64,000 bases of DNA, taken from the IMG/VR virus record IMGVR_UViG_3300025387_000013, positions 46,520 through 110,519 of that record; one strand, written 5' to 3'. Of the stretch, positions 49,677 to 59,450 are shown piece after piece. A model generated the notes under the pieces. The model worked only from the letters and a program-made list of their open reading frames with translations, was not told where the DNA came from and did not search any database. The position numbers and the translations under genes are program-made. The DNA comes from a virus. Taxonomy: Duplodnaviria; Heunggongvirae; Uroviricota; Caudoviricetes. How positions within the stretch are numbered: the stretch's first letter is position 1; every line of letters starts with the position of its first letter.

Positions 49677-50632
49677 TAACAATATGGCGAAACTAAAATT
49701 CCTTAAATTGACGGGAACCTCCTTAGAGCTTAATCTACCAAATTACAGTAGAAATACATATAGTGGCTGAAATAATTACTCAGGTATGGTAAAAAAGATT
49801 AAGATTGGACAATCCGCAGCCAAGGGTCTATAGTGAAATAGATCAAGGTTCAGAGACTAAACAGGGAACTTTAACTATTAATTAATTTAAGTGCCTTGGT
49901 TCTATCCATGTAATTACATATATTTGTAACATGAAATTAGATAGAAAACAAGACTTAAACCGAAGTGGTATATATTGTATAAGAAACAAAGTAAATAATA
50001 AAGTTTACATAGGAAAAGCTGTATGTGTTTATAGAAGGATCAGACAACATATCAATAATCTGAATAAAAAAAACAGAAAAGAAGAAAATGATCATCTTAT
50101 AAATGCTTGGCATAAATATGAAAGAGAAAATTTTGAATACTTTGTATTAGAATATGTATCAATTGACCAATTAAAAGAACAAGAACTATATTGGCAAAAA
50201 ATCTACAAGTGTACTGATAGAAGTAAAGGATATAATTTTAGAGAAGATTCTGAAACAGGTTGTATTGTTTCTACAGAAACAAGAAAAAAACTTAGTGAGG
50301 CTCAAATTAAAAGATTTTCTGATCCAAAAGAAAGACTAAAATCTAGTCATACTCATTGGAAAGATAATCCAGAAGCTACTAAAGAAATGGCAAAAAAAGT
50401 TTCAGAAGCTAAAGTAAAATATTACATTGATCAGTATAGTAAAGATGGAAAATTTATAAAAAGATGGAATTCTGTAAAAGAAATTACAGAACAAAATCCT
50501 TCTTATAAATGGCAGCAAATATACTCAGTTTGTTCAGATCACAAACCTTCTATGTATGGGTTTGTCTGGAAAAAAGAATTAATAGTTAAATGATGATATA
50601 GTCCAGCTATAGTTGAAAGATTATAGATTAAG
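49677..50632 (+). mobile_element. Group I intron carrying a GIY-YIG homing endonuclease, interrupting the DNA polymerase gene
   Basis: Conserved core elements: P-like AAATTGACGGGAAC (about 49712), Q AATCCGCAGC (about 49813-49822), R GGTTCAGAGACTAAAC (about 49847-49862) and S GATGATATAGTCC (about 50596-50608). IGS GGCGAAAC. P9 hairpin CUAUA..UAUAG. Terminal G50632. P10 CAUA/UAUG. Confidence 0.7.
49931..50593 (+). CDS. GIY-YIG homing endonuclease (220 aa), intron-encoded
   Basis: SGIYCIRNKVNNKVYIGKA ... YRRIRQH ... N (GIY-10aa-YIG with R and H), then a basic DNA-binding tail. Lies between the R and S elements. Confidence 0.75.
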   Translation: MKLDRKQDLNRSGIYCIRNKVNNKVYIGKAVCVYRRIRQHINNLNKKNRKEENDHLINAWHKYERENFEYFVLEYVSIDQLKEQELYWQKIYKCTDRSKGYNFREDSETGCIVSTETRKKLSEAQIKRFSDPKERLKSSHTHWKDNPEATKEMAKKVSEAKVKYYIDQYSKDGKFIKRWNSVKEITEQNPSYKWQQIYSVCSDHKPSMYGFVWKKELIVK

Positions 50633-51600
50633 CATACTATCCAGCTATTATTATTAACAATGAACAATATCCTGCACATTTAGGAAAAGAATTCTTAAGA
50701 GGATATAAGACAATGTTTGATAAGAGATTGGAACTTAAGCCTTTAGCTAAGAAAGATAAGAAGATAGCAGGTATTGTTGGTGCTCTTAAACTTGCTGTAA
50801 ACTCTGTATATGGTAAGAGTTCTGATATGCAGAATTGGATTTATGACAGAAGGCTTACCATGTTTACCACTATTACAGGTGAATTGAGTCTTTTAATGTT
50901 AATAGAACAATATGAACTACGTGGAATTCATGTTATTTCAGCTAATACAGACGGTGTCACTATAATGGTGAAAAAAGAGCAATTAGAAATAATGAAAGCC
51001 ATCAATACGTGGTGGATGGATATTACTAAATATGAGCTAGAACGCACAGACTATCAAAAGATTACATTCTCAACAGTTAATGATTATCTAGCTATTAAAA
51101 CTAATGGAGATGTTAAAAAAAAAGGTGATTTTCTCACAGATTTTGAACTACATAAAAATAAATCTGCTAGGATTGTGCCTATGGCTCTTGAGCAGTATTA
51201 TGTTAACAATATTCCTATTGCTGACACTATTACCAATCATACTAATATATATGACTTTGCGTTAAGACAGAAAGCTAGTAAGGATTTCCATTATGAAGGA
51301 CTTACAGATATTAGTAAAACAGTGTACAATAAGCTAATTCGTTATTACATATCTAAAACAGGAGAGAAACTGTTGAAGGTTAAGAATGAGAATTCTGATT
51401 CTAATGCAGCTAATATTAGTCAGGTGGAAGCAGGAGAATGGGTGATGACAGTGTGTAATCATTTAACACAAGATCATCCTCTTAACAATATCAATTATAC
51501 ATATTATATAGAAAGAGCTCAAAGAATCATTGATAAGATACAATATGAGGGTAGAAAAAAGAAAGTCAATATTGACAAAAATCAACTTTCCTTATTTTAA
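50633..51600 (+). CDS. Family B DNA polymerase, exon 2 (motif A second half YYPAIII, motif B KLAVNSVYGK, motif C-like ISANTDGV)
   Basis: The frame stays open upstream of the first Met (50713) to 50632. KxxxNSxYG motif B is present. The 3' splice site assignment is inferred. Confidence 0.6.
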
Positions 51601-51610
51601 AACAAACAAC

Positions 51611-51985
51611 ATGACACACAAAGAAGCTAAAGAACTTTCAATGAAGTCCAGATGGAAAACAACACCATGTGGTCAAGAAAAGTGTTGGTGTTTAATGATT
51701 GAGCCTGAAACACCTATTAAGTATGATGAAGTAGAAGAATATTATATAGCAGGTAGTGGATGCATTGCAAAAGAAGAAGCAGAACATATCGTTAAACTAC
51801 ATAATCAAGCCCTTCAATCAGAAAGTGAAAGAATGTATGAAATAGAATTTGATAGAGGATTAAAAACTGTAATACAAGTTACAGATAGTGGTATTAAAAT
51901 CATTTCAGCAGTAGATGGCTGGGGTTGTAATATTGAAGATGAATTTATTACTATCCAATCCCTTCCTAAAACACCTAAAATATAA
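51611..51985 (+). CDS. Hypothetical Cys-containing protein
   Basis: ORF 51530..51985 in the track. A likely start at MTHKEAKEL lies just after the polymerase stop. Confidence 0.4.
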   Translation: MTHKEAKELSMKSRWKTTPCGQEKCWCLMIEPETPIKYDEVEEYYIAGSGCIAKEEAEHIVKLHNQALQSESERMYEIEFDRGLKTVIQVTDSGIKIISAVDGWGCNIEDEFITIQSLPKTPKI

Positions 51986-51989
51986 TAAC

Positions 51990-52700
51990 ATGGACGAAAG
52001 AGATTATCAAGCAATGAATAAACAACCTAAATCAGAATCAAGGATGTATTCAGAGGATGAAGTAATAGGATTTGGTATATGGTTAGGGGAAAAGTATTGG
52101 TTTAATCTTTCCACTTATAAATGGGAGTGTAGAAATGAAGAAGGATTATACGAGGTTCTTGATTCAAAACAATTAATGGAATTATATCGCCAATCCCTTC
52201 AACCAAAGACAGAAGAACTCAAAGAAGGATTAAAACCATGTCCTAATCACCCTGATGTACTTACAAGTCAATGTGGAATATGTAATGGTACTTTCCCTAA
52301 ACTACAACAACCAAAGACAGAAGAAGTAGAAAGAGGATGGACTATAACAGACAGAACAGTAATTGATAAACAATTAGAAGCTATAAAAACTGTCATGGGT
52401 ACTATTAAAACTAAAGAACAAGCAATTCAATTCCTAAAAGATGCAGGTATTGAATTAGAAGAACAACCTTCCCCATCCATAAAGAAGGAAGATAAAATAT
52501 CTAAACTAACATTCGATAAAGAGATAAGTCAATGGGTAGACATTTATAGTTATGAATTAGGATTAATAAAAGGGAAGGAAGAAGGCTACAAAGTTAACAA
52601 CTCATTGGATATAGCTATTGCCCATTATGAAAAACTATCAGAAGAAGGGAGTAATCAGGCTTATGTAGTAGCAAAATATTTAAAAACATTAAAACCGTAG
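51990..52700 (+). CDS. Hypothetical protein whose C-terminal domain is paralogous to 52977..53366
   Basis: ORF track start is 51915, but ATG 51990 (MDERDYQ) lies after the upstream stop. Internal QPKTEE repeat. C-terminus PSPSIKK..GYKVNNSLD..HYEK..LKTLKP. Confidence 0.45.
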   Translation: MDERDYQAMNKQPKSESRMYSEDEVIGFGIWLGEKYWFNLSTYKWECRNEEGLYEVLDSKQLMELYRQSLQPKTEELKEGLKPCPNHPDVLTSQCGICNGTFPKLQQPKTEEVERGWTITDRTVIDKQLEAIKTVMGTIKTKEQAIQFLKDAGIELEEQPSPSIKKEDKISKLTFDKEISQWVDIYSYELGLIKGKEEGYKVNNSLDIAIAHYEKLSEEGSNQAYVVAKYLKTLKP

Positions 52701-52728
52701 ACAGGGTACAATCTGAATAACAAAGGAC

Positions 52729-52962
52729 ATGGAAATTAATCAAGAATTTATTGCAGCAGCAGAACCTTTAGTGAACTTTCTAAGAAAGCACAAACACCCT
52801 CATGCGAAGATTATTGTAGACCAAACAGGAGCAGAACTTGTAGAAGGAACATTATCAACAGGAGCAGCTTATGATGGTTCTACACCTGAACAAACAGAGT
52901 TTAAAAGAGGCTCAAATGAAGCAGCACAGTACATTAAAGAAAATGCTCCTTATTTAAAATAA
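52729..52962 (+). CDS. Hypothetical small protein (77 aa)
   Basis: ORF. Confidence 0.4.
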   Translation: MEINQEFIAAAEPLVNFLRKHKHPHAKIIVDQTGAELVEGTLSTGAAYDGSTPEQTEFKRGSNEAAQYIKENAPYLK

Positions 52963-52976
52963 AAACCAATAATAAA

Positions 52977-53366
52977 ATGACACAAGCACCTTGTACTGCT
53001 TTTGAAGCATCAAATTTTACATCATCAGCTACTAAATGCAAATGGTGTGGATTTGAAGAATGGCAACATAAAGAATTTAAAAAATTCTCTTTACTACCCG
53101 AATCATCTAATCCAATAGCAACAGACCATACTACTTTGAATCCTTCCCCATCCATAGAGAAGATGGCAGAGGAGTATGCTACAATAAATGCTATTAGTAA
53201 AGAAGATAAGCATTGCCTAAAACAAGGTTTTATTAGTGGCTACAAAGCTAACAACCACTTGGAAGAATTAGAGAAGTGGGTGAGAGAAGAACGTTATCAT
53301 TATGGTAATGATATTAATGCACAAGAATTGATGAATAAACTTTACCAACTAAAAACAAAACCGTAG
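52977..53366 (+). CDS. Hypothetical protein paralogous to the C-terminus of the preceding 51990 gene
   Basis: PSPSIEK..GYKANNHLE..HYG..LKTKP. The same 3' flank repeat follows both genes. Confidence 0.45.
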   Translation: MTQAPCTAFEASNFTSSATKCKWCGFEEWQHKEFKKFSLLPESSNPIATDHTTLNPSPSIEKMAEEYATINAISKEDKHCLKQGFISGYKANNHLEELEKWVREERYHYGNDINAQELMNKLYQLKTKP

Positions 53367-53392
53367 ACAGGAGTATCTGAATAACAAAACAC

Positions 53393-53734
53393 ATGAGTAC
53401 ATTTATTGAAAGACTACTACAAGAAGAAACAGAACTGGATGAGAAGATTTCTAAGTTAGAAAAATTCGCTGAATCAGAAGGATGGAACACAATTGATAGA
53501 GAGCAGAGAGGATTTTTGCTTATCCAACTAAAAGCAATGAGAACTTATGCCGAGATACTTAATAGATTAGTTGATATTAATGAGAAAGAAGCTGAACAAA
53601 AAAATGTTAGTCCACTTGATGCACCATCAGCACACCCACTTGATGTTTTATTGCGTGAACTTAAATGGGGTAGAAAAGCTGCACAACAACATTTAATTGA
53701 CAAATGGATTGCAGAGTTGACAGTAGAAGATTAA
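53393..53734 (+). CDS. Hypothetical coiled-coil protein (113 aa)
   Basis: ORF, followed by a GCACACTA/TAGTGTGC hairpin terminator at about 53742-53775. Confidence 0.4.
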   Translation: MSTFIERLLQEETELDEKISKLEKFAESEGWNTIDREQRGFLLIQLKAMRTYAEILNRLVDINEKEAEQKNVSPLDAPSAHPLDVLLRELKWGRKAAQQHLIDKWIAELTVED

Positions 53735-53826
53735 CCAATCAAAGCACACTATCTAATAATGGGTAGTGTGCTATTTGTCACCTTTTTACGTAAATAAGTG
53801 ACATTTCAAGAACTAAAAACAAAACA

Positions 53827-54192
53827 ATGAGTAAAGAAGAAATACTAGAAGGTAATAAGCTGATTGCTAAGTTTATGGGAGCAGAAGTATCTCAAGCATA
53901 TTCTAAAACAAAAGAGCAAGACGGGGTAATGTTTTATTATCCTAAAGATAGTAGCCCTGATATGTTTAGGAATTTATCAAGTGCTTCAATTAAATATCAT
54001 TCTTCATGGGATTGGTTGATGCCTGTTTATATTAAGATAGCCAAAGAAGAAAAACTTTGGGGAGATTACGAAAAAAGTATTATAATTTTTAATATCATGT
54101 ATGATAGGCTTGGTGATGCAGAAGGTATTGATAAAGTTTATGAATCAGTAGTTGAATTTATTAAATGGTATAACCAAAACTTAACCAAATAA
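53827..54192 (+). CDS. Hypothetical protein (121 aa)
   Basis: ORF with the conserved leader AAGAACTAAAAACAAAACAATG. Confidence 0.4.
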   Translation: MSKEEILEGNKLIAKFMGAEVSQAYSKTKEQDGVMFYYPKDSSPDMFRNLSSASIKYHSSWDWLMPVYIKIAKEEKLWGDYEKSIIIFNIMYDRLGDAEGIDKVYESVVEFIKWYNQNLTK

Positions 54193-54217
54193 AAAACAAA
54201 AGAACTAAAACAAAACA

Positions 54218-54412
54218 ATGACATTCAATAAAGGCGATAAGCTATTAGATTATATGGGGGATGAATGGACTGTAATTAAAGTTAAGGATAAGATAGTCTA
54301 TTTAAAATGTGATGAGGGTAGAAATAGGAGACAAACATCTAAAGAGTTAGAATATTCCTTAAATATGAACTACTATCAAGGGTATGTAAAATTTAAACCA
54401 GTAAAAATTTAA
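54218..54412 (+). CDS. Hypothetical small protein (64 aa)
   Basis: ORF with the same conserved leader as the gene starting at 53827. Confidence 0.35.
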   Translation: MTFNKGDKLLDYMGDEWTVIKVKDKIVYLKCDEGRNRRQTSKELEYSLNMNYYQGYVKFKPVKI

Positions 54413-54468
54413 AGATGCTAAATAAACAAACCATTGGGAATTAGATAACCCACCTAAAAAAGTTTAAT

Positions 54469-54741
54469 ATGACAACAAAAGAGTTTAACGAGAAGTATAA
54501 ACAATACATTCCAGAAGGATGGTATGGATTAGAATTTGATATTCCTATAGTAACAGAGTACTTAGATGAGGTGATGCAAGATTTAATCACTATTCCAGGA
54601 TTTGAATTACACCAAATCAAATTAAAGTTTGGGATGGCTAGGTTCTATTTCAAAGCTGATTGGAAAAATAAAGGATTAGAACTAGCTATTGAGTTTAAGA
54701 TTGAAGAGATGATTAATAAATTAATTAAGACCAATGAATAA
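54469..54741 (+). CDS. Hypothetical protein (90 aa)
   Basis: ORF. Confidence 0.4.
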   Translation: MTTKEFNEKYKQYIPEGWYGLEFDIPIVTEYLDEVMQDLITIPGFELHQIKLKFGMARFYFKADWKNKGLELAIEFKIEEMINKLIKTNE

Positions 54742-54919
54742 ATTATTATTAATTGCCACCATCTTGTTTTTAACAAGTTGTGGACCAGAAGTTCCACGTG
54801 GAACACAGTATGAAATGTATTATGAATACTACTATCCTTATGGATATCGTTTTGCACCAATAAGAATTCAGCGTTTTAGACAAATTCAACCAATTAGAAG
54901 ATATGGACGAAATAAATAA
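54734..54919 (+). CDS. Small lipoprotein (61 aa) containing the 14-bp palindrome
   Basis: MNKLLLIATILFLTSC lipobox L-T-S-C. Tyr/Arg-rich tail. Confidence 0.4.
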   Translation: MNKLLLIATILFLTSCGPEVPRGTQYEMYYEYYYPYGYRFAPIRIQRFRQIQPIRRYGRNK

Positions 54920-55023
54920 TAAAATAATAGCCACTCTTGAAGAAATGGTTGTATTAAAAGATCAACAAATTGCAGATCTTAAAAAGCATATTAATGCATT
55001 AACATTATTATTAGATAAAGTTA

Positions 55024-55290
55024 TTGATATACATCATGGCAAAGATAAATCGTGAAAATATAGCTGATCATTTAATTGATTATCAATTAGAAATGATTGG
55101 TAAGACAATAGCTGAAGCTTATAAGACTAATGAATGGTATAGCAAATGGACTATGACACAAGCTCAACATGATGAATTTAAGGCCTATGCTATACCATTA
55201 TTAAAAAAAGTATTTAAATGTAATAAGACAAGAGCTGAACAAACATTTAGCTGGTTTGATTTACAATTTGGTTTACGAATAAAAGACTAA
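55024..55290 (+). CDS. Hypothetical protein (88 aa)
   Basis: ORF. Confidence 0.4.
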   Translation: MIYIMAKINRENIADHLIDYQLEMIGKTIAEAYKTNEWYSKWTMTQAQHDEFKAYAIPLLKKVFKCNKTRAEQTFSWFDLQFGLRIKD

Positions 55291-55406
55291 CTCATGAATG
55301 AAGAACGTGAACCTCAGCCTACATTAGCTGAGGTTATTTTGTTTATAACAGGACTTACAGTAATAGTTTTTCTATTAGCATTTATATTATATCATACATA
55401 TCAATT

Positions 55407-55604
55407 ATGACAACAAAAGATATAAAAAATCCTCTACCATCAGAAAACATATTAAACACTACATTAGTAACTCAGGTGGAGGTTATAGAAAATGGTGTAG
55501 TGAAATATTACAATTTTAGCAATAGTTCAAAAGTGTATGTGATGTTAGAAGATACACACAGAACAATGCGTATTATTATTAATAAACATAAACAACATGC
55601 CTGA
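55407..55604 (+). CDS. Hypothetical small protein (65 aa)
   Basis: ORF. Confidence 0.3.
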   Translation: MTTKDIKNPLPSENILNTTLVTQVEVIENGVVKYYNFSNSSKVYVMLEDTHRTMRIIINKHKQHA

Positions 55605-55678
55605 TATTTCAAAATAGTGCCTGAAAAATTTGGTTTTCTGACATTATTGTTTTAACTTTACATCCTAAATATATAATT

Positions 55679-56095
55679 ATGGATGCTAAAGAAAAAAAGA
55701 AGCTGTATGATGTAGAATACAGAAAGAAAAACAAGGAAAAACGCTCAGACCAAAACAAAGATTGGTATCAAAGTTCTAGAAAGGTCAAGTTTACCAACGA
55801 TCCTCAACACTATTTATGGTATGTTGCTAGAACAAGGTCACGTCAAAATAGTGCTGAGTTTACTATTGTTAAAGAAGATATAATCATACCAGAAGTTTGT
55901 CCTATTTTAGGAATGCCTTTGACAAAAGGAGATGGTTATTTACCAAATGCCATGTCTTTGGATAGAGTTGATAACACAAAAGGTTATATACCTGGAAATG
56001 TTAGAGTTATATCTAGACAAGCAAATCTATTGAAGTCTTCTTTAACATTAGAGATATTAGAAAATATTATTAAATACATTAAAAAAGAAATTTAA
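55679..56095 (+). CDS. HNH homing endonuclease (138 aa), free-standing
   Basis: MSLDRVDNTKGYIPGNVRVISRQANLLK, an HNH_3-type motif (DRxDN..GY..NV..xxxxN). Confidence 0.65.
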   Translation: MDAKEKKKLYDVEYRKKNKEKRSDQNKDWYQSSRKVKFTNDPQHYLWYVARTRSRQNSAEFTIVKEDIIIPEVCPILGMPLTKGDGYLPNAMSLDRVDNTKGYIPGNVRVISRQANLLKSSLTLEILENIIKYIKKEI

Positions 56096-56096
56096 C

Positions 56097-56282
56097 ATGG
56101 ATATAACTATGTGTAAGGGAATAGATTGCCCTAAGAAACATTCTTGTTGGAGATTTATGGCTTATCCAACACCATATGGTCAAAGCTATTTTGTTCAGCC
56201 TCCATTTATAAATGATGGAGAATTTAGTTGTGAGTATTATTGGCCAATTAAACCTAAAAAACATGAAACTAACACCAATTAA
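56097..56282 (+). CDS. Small Cys-rich protein (61 aa)
   Basis: CKGIDCPKKHSC ... C pattern. Confidence 0.35.
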   Translation: MDITMCKGIDCPKKHSCWRFMAYPTPYGQSYFVQPPFINDGEFSCEYYWPIKPKKHETNTN

Positions 56283-56958
56283 ATATCAAGAAGGATGGTT
56301 GTATGTGGATAAGGAAGCTAAAATAAAAGTAAGTGATTGGGCTTATAGTGTACAAATAAAAGTTGCGGGAATAGTTAATCTTATATCAGAAAAAGACGAT
56401 ATAGATGACCTATTTTCTTTTTCTGAAGAAGCACAATTAGATATACAATCATCTAGAAATAATTTTTGGAAAGTATGTGGTCAATCCCCTAGTCTATCCC
56501 TACCTAACATACCTTATATAGAGGAAGTGGAAGAAAGTATAGAATCTTTAGCACATAAAGTTATGATGAATTATCTAACTAATGGTAACCCCGATGGAGA
56601 TTTTAAACATTCTACTATTGGTGCTGATGATAATAAAAATTGGTGGATTGCAGGTTATAAAGCAGCACAATCTAAAGGTGGATATAGTGAAGCTGATTTA
56701 AGAAAGGCTTACGAAGCGGGTATTCATTTCAATGAAGAATCTAATGAGTCTTTTGGCCCAACAGAAAGCAAATGGAAGTGGGATACTTTTATTGAATCCA
56801 TTAACCAACCAAAAGAGAATATCGAGATTATAACAAAGTGTTCTATGTGTAGTATGATAGATGGGCACAAAATGAGTTGTAAGACCGAATCATTAAGAAA
56901 TCAAACACCTGTAACCTATAAAAAAGATGGTAAAACATTCTTAAAAGTAAAACAATAG
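56212..56958 (+). CDS. Hypothetical protein (248 aa; the true start may be the later MKLTPIKYQ)
   Basis: ORF. Confidence 0.45.
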   Translation: MMENLVVSIIGQLNLKNMKLTPIKYQEGWLYVDKEAKIKVSDWAYSVQIKVAGIVNLISEKDDIDDLFSFSEEAQLDIQSSRNNFWKVCGQSPSLSLPNIPYIEEVEESIESLAHKVMMNYLTNGNPDGDFKHSTIGADDNKNWWIAGYKAAQSKGGYSEADLRKAYEAGIHFNEESNESFGPTESKWKWDTFIESINQPKENIEIITKCSMCSMIDGHKMSCKTESLRNQTPVTYKKDGKTFLKVKQ

Positions 56959-56960
56959 TT

Positions 56961-57212
56961 ATGAATATACATACAGCAGAAGAACACATAAATGATAGAG
57001 GATTTGCTACATGGTTTGTAGCTCATTCTGATACAGAAGGAGAAGTAGTTATTAACTTCTCAGATTGTAAAGAAGCAATGATAGAGTTTGCTCAATTACA
57101 TGTACAAGCTCAAACAGAAGCTATATTAGAAAGACTTAAACTTAGAGGAGAATATAGTAATATAGATAAAAATATTATTATTAACGCCTATACCTTAACT
57201 AATATAAAATGA
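56961..57212 (+). CDS. Hypothetical small protein (83 aa)
   Basis: ORF. Confidence 0.4.
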   Translation: MNIHTAEEHINDRGFATWFVAHSDTEGEVVINFSDCKEAMIEFAQLHVQAQTEAILERLKLRGEYSNIDKNIIINAYTLTNIK

Positions 57213-57350
57213 CAGAAGAAGATTTTGAAAGAGAATCTCAAAAGGATTTCATATATTTGCAAGAGGCTCAAATCCTTATGGAGCAAGAGTTTGAGAGGCT
57301 TCCTGCTAAAATAATAGTTGTTGATAAAGAAAGCATATTAACGCAAACAC

Positions 57351-57977
57351 ATGAATATAAAAGTAACACCTTACCATTTTGAAGCCCTCATCACTGAGGG
57401 GTATACATTAGATCAAGTGTTTCTTCTTAAAGGTATTAAAGAAGGATATGATGTTCAGAAGCTATGCGATTCTACCCCTAGACTAGAAGCTATATGTCAA
57501 TCAATCTATAGAAAAGGACTTGTATCAACTGATTACAAACTTACAGAAAGGGGTAAAGCTTTGTTAGAATTTATGGAATCTAAAGCTAAAACTGCTACAA
57601 TATTAGTTAAGAAAGAAAGCTCTGTTGAGTTTGACAGATGGTGGAAAGCCTATCCAGGTACAGATATATTCACACACAAAGGAAAAAGTTTTACAGGAAC
57701 TAGAACATTAAAAGTGGGTAAAGACGATTGTCTAGCTAAACTTAACAATATTCTTTCTGAAGGTGAATATACAATAGATGAGTTGATTGCTGCATTGGAA
57801 TATGAAGTGTTACAAAAGAAAGAAAACTCTGTTAAAACAGGAATTAATAAACTAACATATATGCAGGGTACATCAACTTATTTAACTCAGAAAACGTTTG
57901 AAGCATTTGTTGAACTCATTAGAGAAGGTAAAACAGTGGTTGAAGAACCCACAACAACAGGAGGAACAGATATTTAA
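57351..57977 (+). CDS. Hypothetical replication-module protein (208 aa)
   Basis: ORF upstream of the helicase gene. Confidence 0.45.
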   Translation: MNIKVTPYHFEALITEGYTLDQVFLLKGIKEGYDVQKLCDSTPRLEAICQSIYRKGLVSTDYKLTERGKALLEFMESKAKTATILVKKESSVEFDRWWKAYPGTDIFTHKGKSFTGTRTLKVGKDDCLAKLNNILSEGEYTIDELIAALEYEVLQKKENSVKTGINKLTYMQGTSTYLTQKTFEAFVELIREGKTVVEEPTTTGGTDI

Positions 57978-57987
57978 AACAATCCAT

Positions 57988-58224
57988 ATGACAACTAAAG
58001 AAAAAGCAATTAATTTATATAATACATTTTATTCAACTAATAATCATCAAGTTAGTATAAAAGAAAGACACAATCTTACTAAAAAAGCTATTATAACAAA
58101 AATAAATGCAGCATATTTTCATACAGCAATTTGTGATGACGATGAATTAACTCTAAAAGTTGGTACAAGAAAAGAAACTTTATTATATTTATTAGAGCTT
58201 AGACAAGAAATAGAAAAGTTATGA
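57988..58224 (+). CDS. Hypothetical small protein (about 78 aa)
   Basis: ORF track 57898..58224. A start at MTTKEKAI after the upstream stop is more likely. Confidence 0.35.
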   Translation: MTTKEKAINLYNTFYSTNNHQVSIKERHNLTKKAIITKINAAYFHTAICDDDELTLKVGTRKETLLYLLELRQEIEKL

Positions 58225-59285
58225 GTTTTGAAGATCTTAAAAGAGAAGTACAAAAAGGCCTTGATGGTAGAAACACTGGTGTACCTATGGGGTTTAACAG
58301 ACTCAATAAGTATATTGGTATCAGAAAAGGTATTTACACATTAGTGGGTGGATTGACAGGCTCTGGTAAGACAAGTTTCATTGATGATGCTTATGTTCTT
58401 AATCCATTTGATTGGTATATATCTAAAGCTAATAAAACAGACATAAAGCTCAAGATATGGTATAGGTCTATGGAGAGAAGTAAGACCTACAAAATGGCCA
58501 AATGGATTTCTAGAAAGATCTTTATTGATCATGGAATAATCATCTCTGTGAATAAGCTATTAGGTTGGACTGAAAAAATGACCAAAGATGAACATGATAT
58601 ATTCTTAATGTATGAAGACTACATGGAAAGAATGAAAGAAGTGATAACAATCATTGATGGACCAGAGAATCCTGTAGGAATAGCCAAAGAGTTAAAAGCT
58701 TATGCATTAGAACGTGGAAAGATTATTCAAGCAGATGAATATAACAAGAAATACATCCCTAATGATGATAATGAAATAACTATTGTCATTATTGATCACA
58801 TTGGTCTATTGAAAACAACTAAAGACCAGCCTACAAAGAAACAAGCTATTGATAAGATGAGTGATGAACTCAGATATGCTAGAGATTTCTATGGATATAG
58901 TCCTGTTGTAGTTAGTCAGTTTAATAGGGATATTAGCAATTTTATGAGACTGAAGAATGGAGATGTTGAACCACAACTAGAAGATTTTAAAGACAGTTCA
59001 CAAACACAAGATGATGCTGATGTTGTATTAGCACTATTTGACCCTATGCGATATAAAGTGGCAGATTTCTCAGGCTACAATCTTGAAAAGCTTAAAGATC
59101 CAATGGGTGCAAAGTATTTTAGAAGCCTAAGGCTAATTAAAAATAGCTATGGTGAAGATGATATGAGAGTTGGTCTTGGTTTCCTTGGCCAGATAGGTAT
59201 GTTTAAAGAACTACCTAGAAAGTCAGACATGACAGACACTATTTATGAATCAATTATTAATAAAACCTATTTTTTAAAGAAATGA
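58221..59285 (+). CDS. DnaB-like replicative DNA helicase (RecA-fold C-terminal domain, 354 aa)
   Basis: Walker A GGLTGSGKTSF and Walker B IVIIDHIGLL. SQFNRD.. arginine-finger-like region. Architecture of a phage gp4/DnaB C-domain. Confidence 0.7.
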   Translation: MSFEDLKREVQKGLDGRNTGVPMGFNRLNKYIGIRKGIYTLVGGLTGSGKTSFIDDAYVLNPFDWYISKANKTDIKLKIWYRSMERSKTYKMAKWISRKIFIDHGIIISVNKLLGWTEKMTKDEHDIFLMYEDYMERMKEVITIIDGPENPVGIAKELKAYALERGKIIQADEYNKKYIPNDDNEITIVIIDHIGLLKTTKDQPTKKQAIDKMSDELRYARDFYGYSPVVVSQFNRDISNFMRLKNGDVEPQLEDFKDSSQTQDDADVVLALFDPMRYKVADFSGYNLEKLKDPMGAKYFRSLRLIKNSYGEDDMRVGLGFLGQIGMFKELPRKSDMTDTIYESIINKTYFLKK

Positions 59286-59450
59286 ATATAGTAAGTAAAA
59301 CGTATAACACCCTACCCAGCAAAACAGAATCGTGGTGGCAATTTGTTGTATTACCAACAATTAGTATAATGAATAGCTTAAATGATAATGATGAATATGT
59401 AGCTATTAATGTAGAATGGTTATTTTGGTCATTTACAACAATTATATCTT

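Noticed and set aside
50633-50712. Alternative 3' splice site after G50702, giving the joined sequence ..DVSL-YKTMFDK.. (with 5' splice site after U49677)
   Set aside because: This also obeys the U/G rules. But it discards the in-frame YYPAIII, which completes Pol B motif A. It would also make the 80-nt open frame coincidental. The 50632 site has a P9 hairpin directly upstream and a 4-bp P10. Kept as a less likely alternative.
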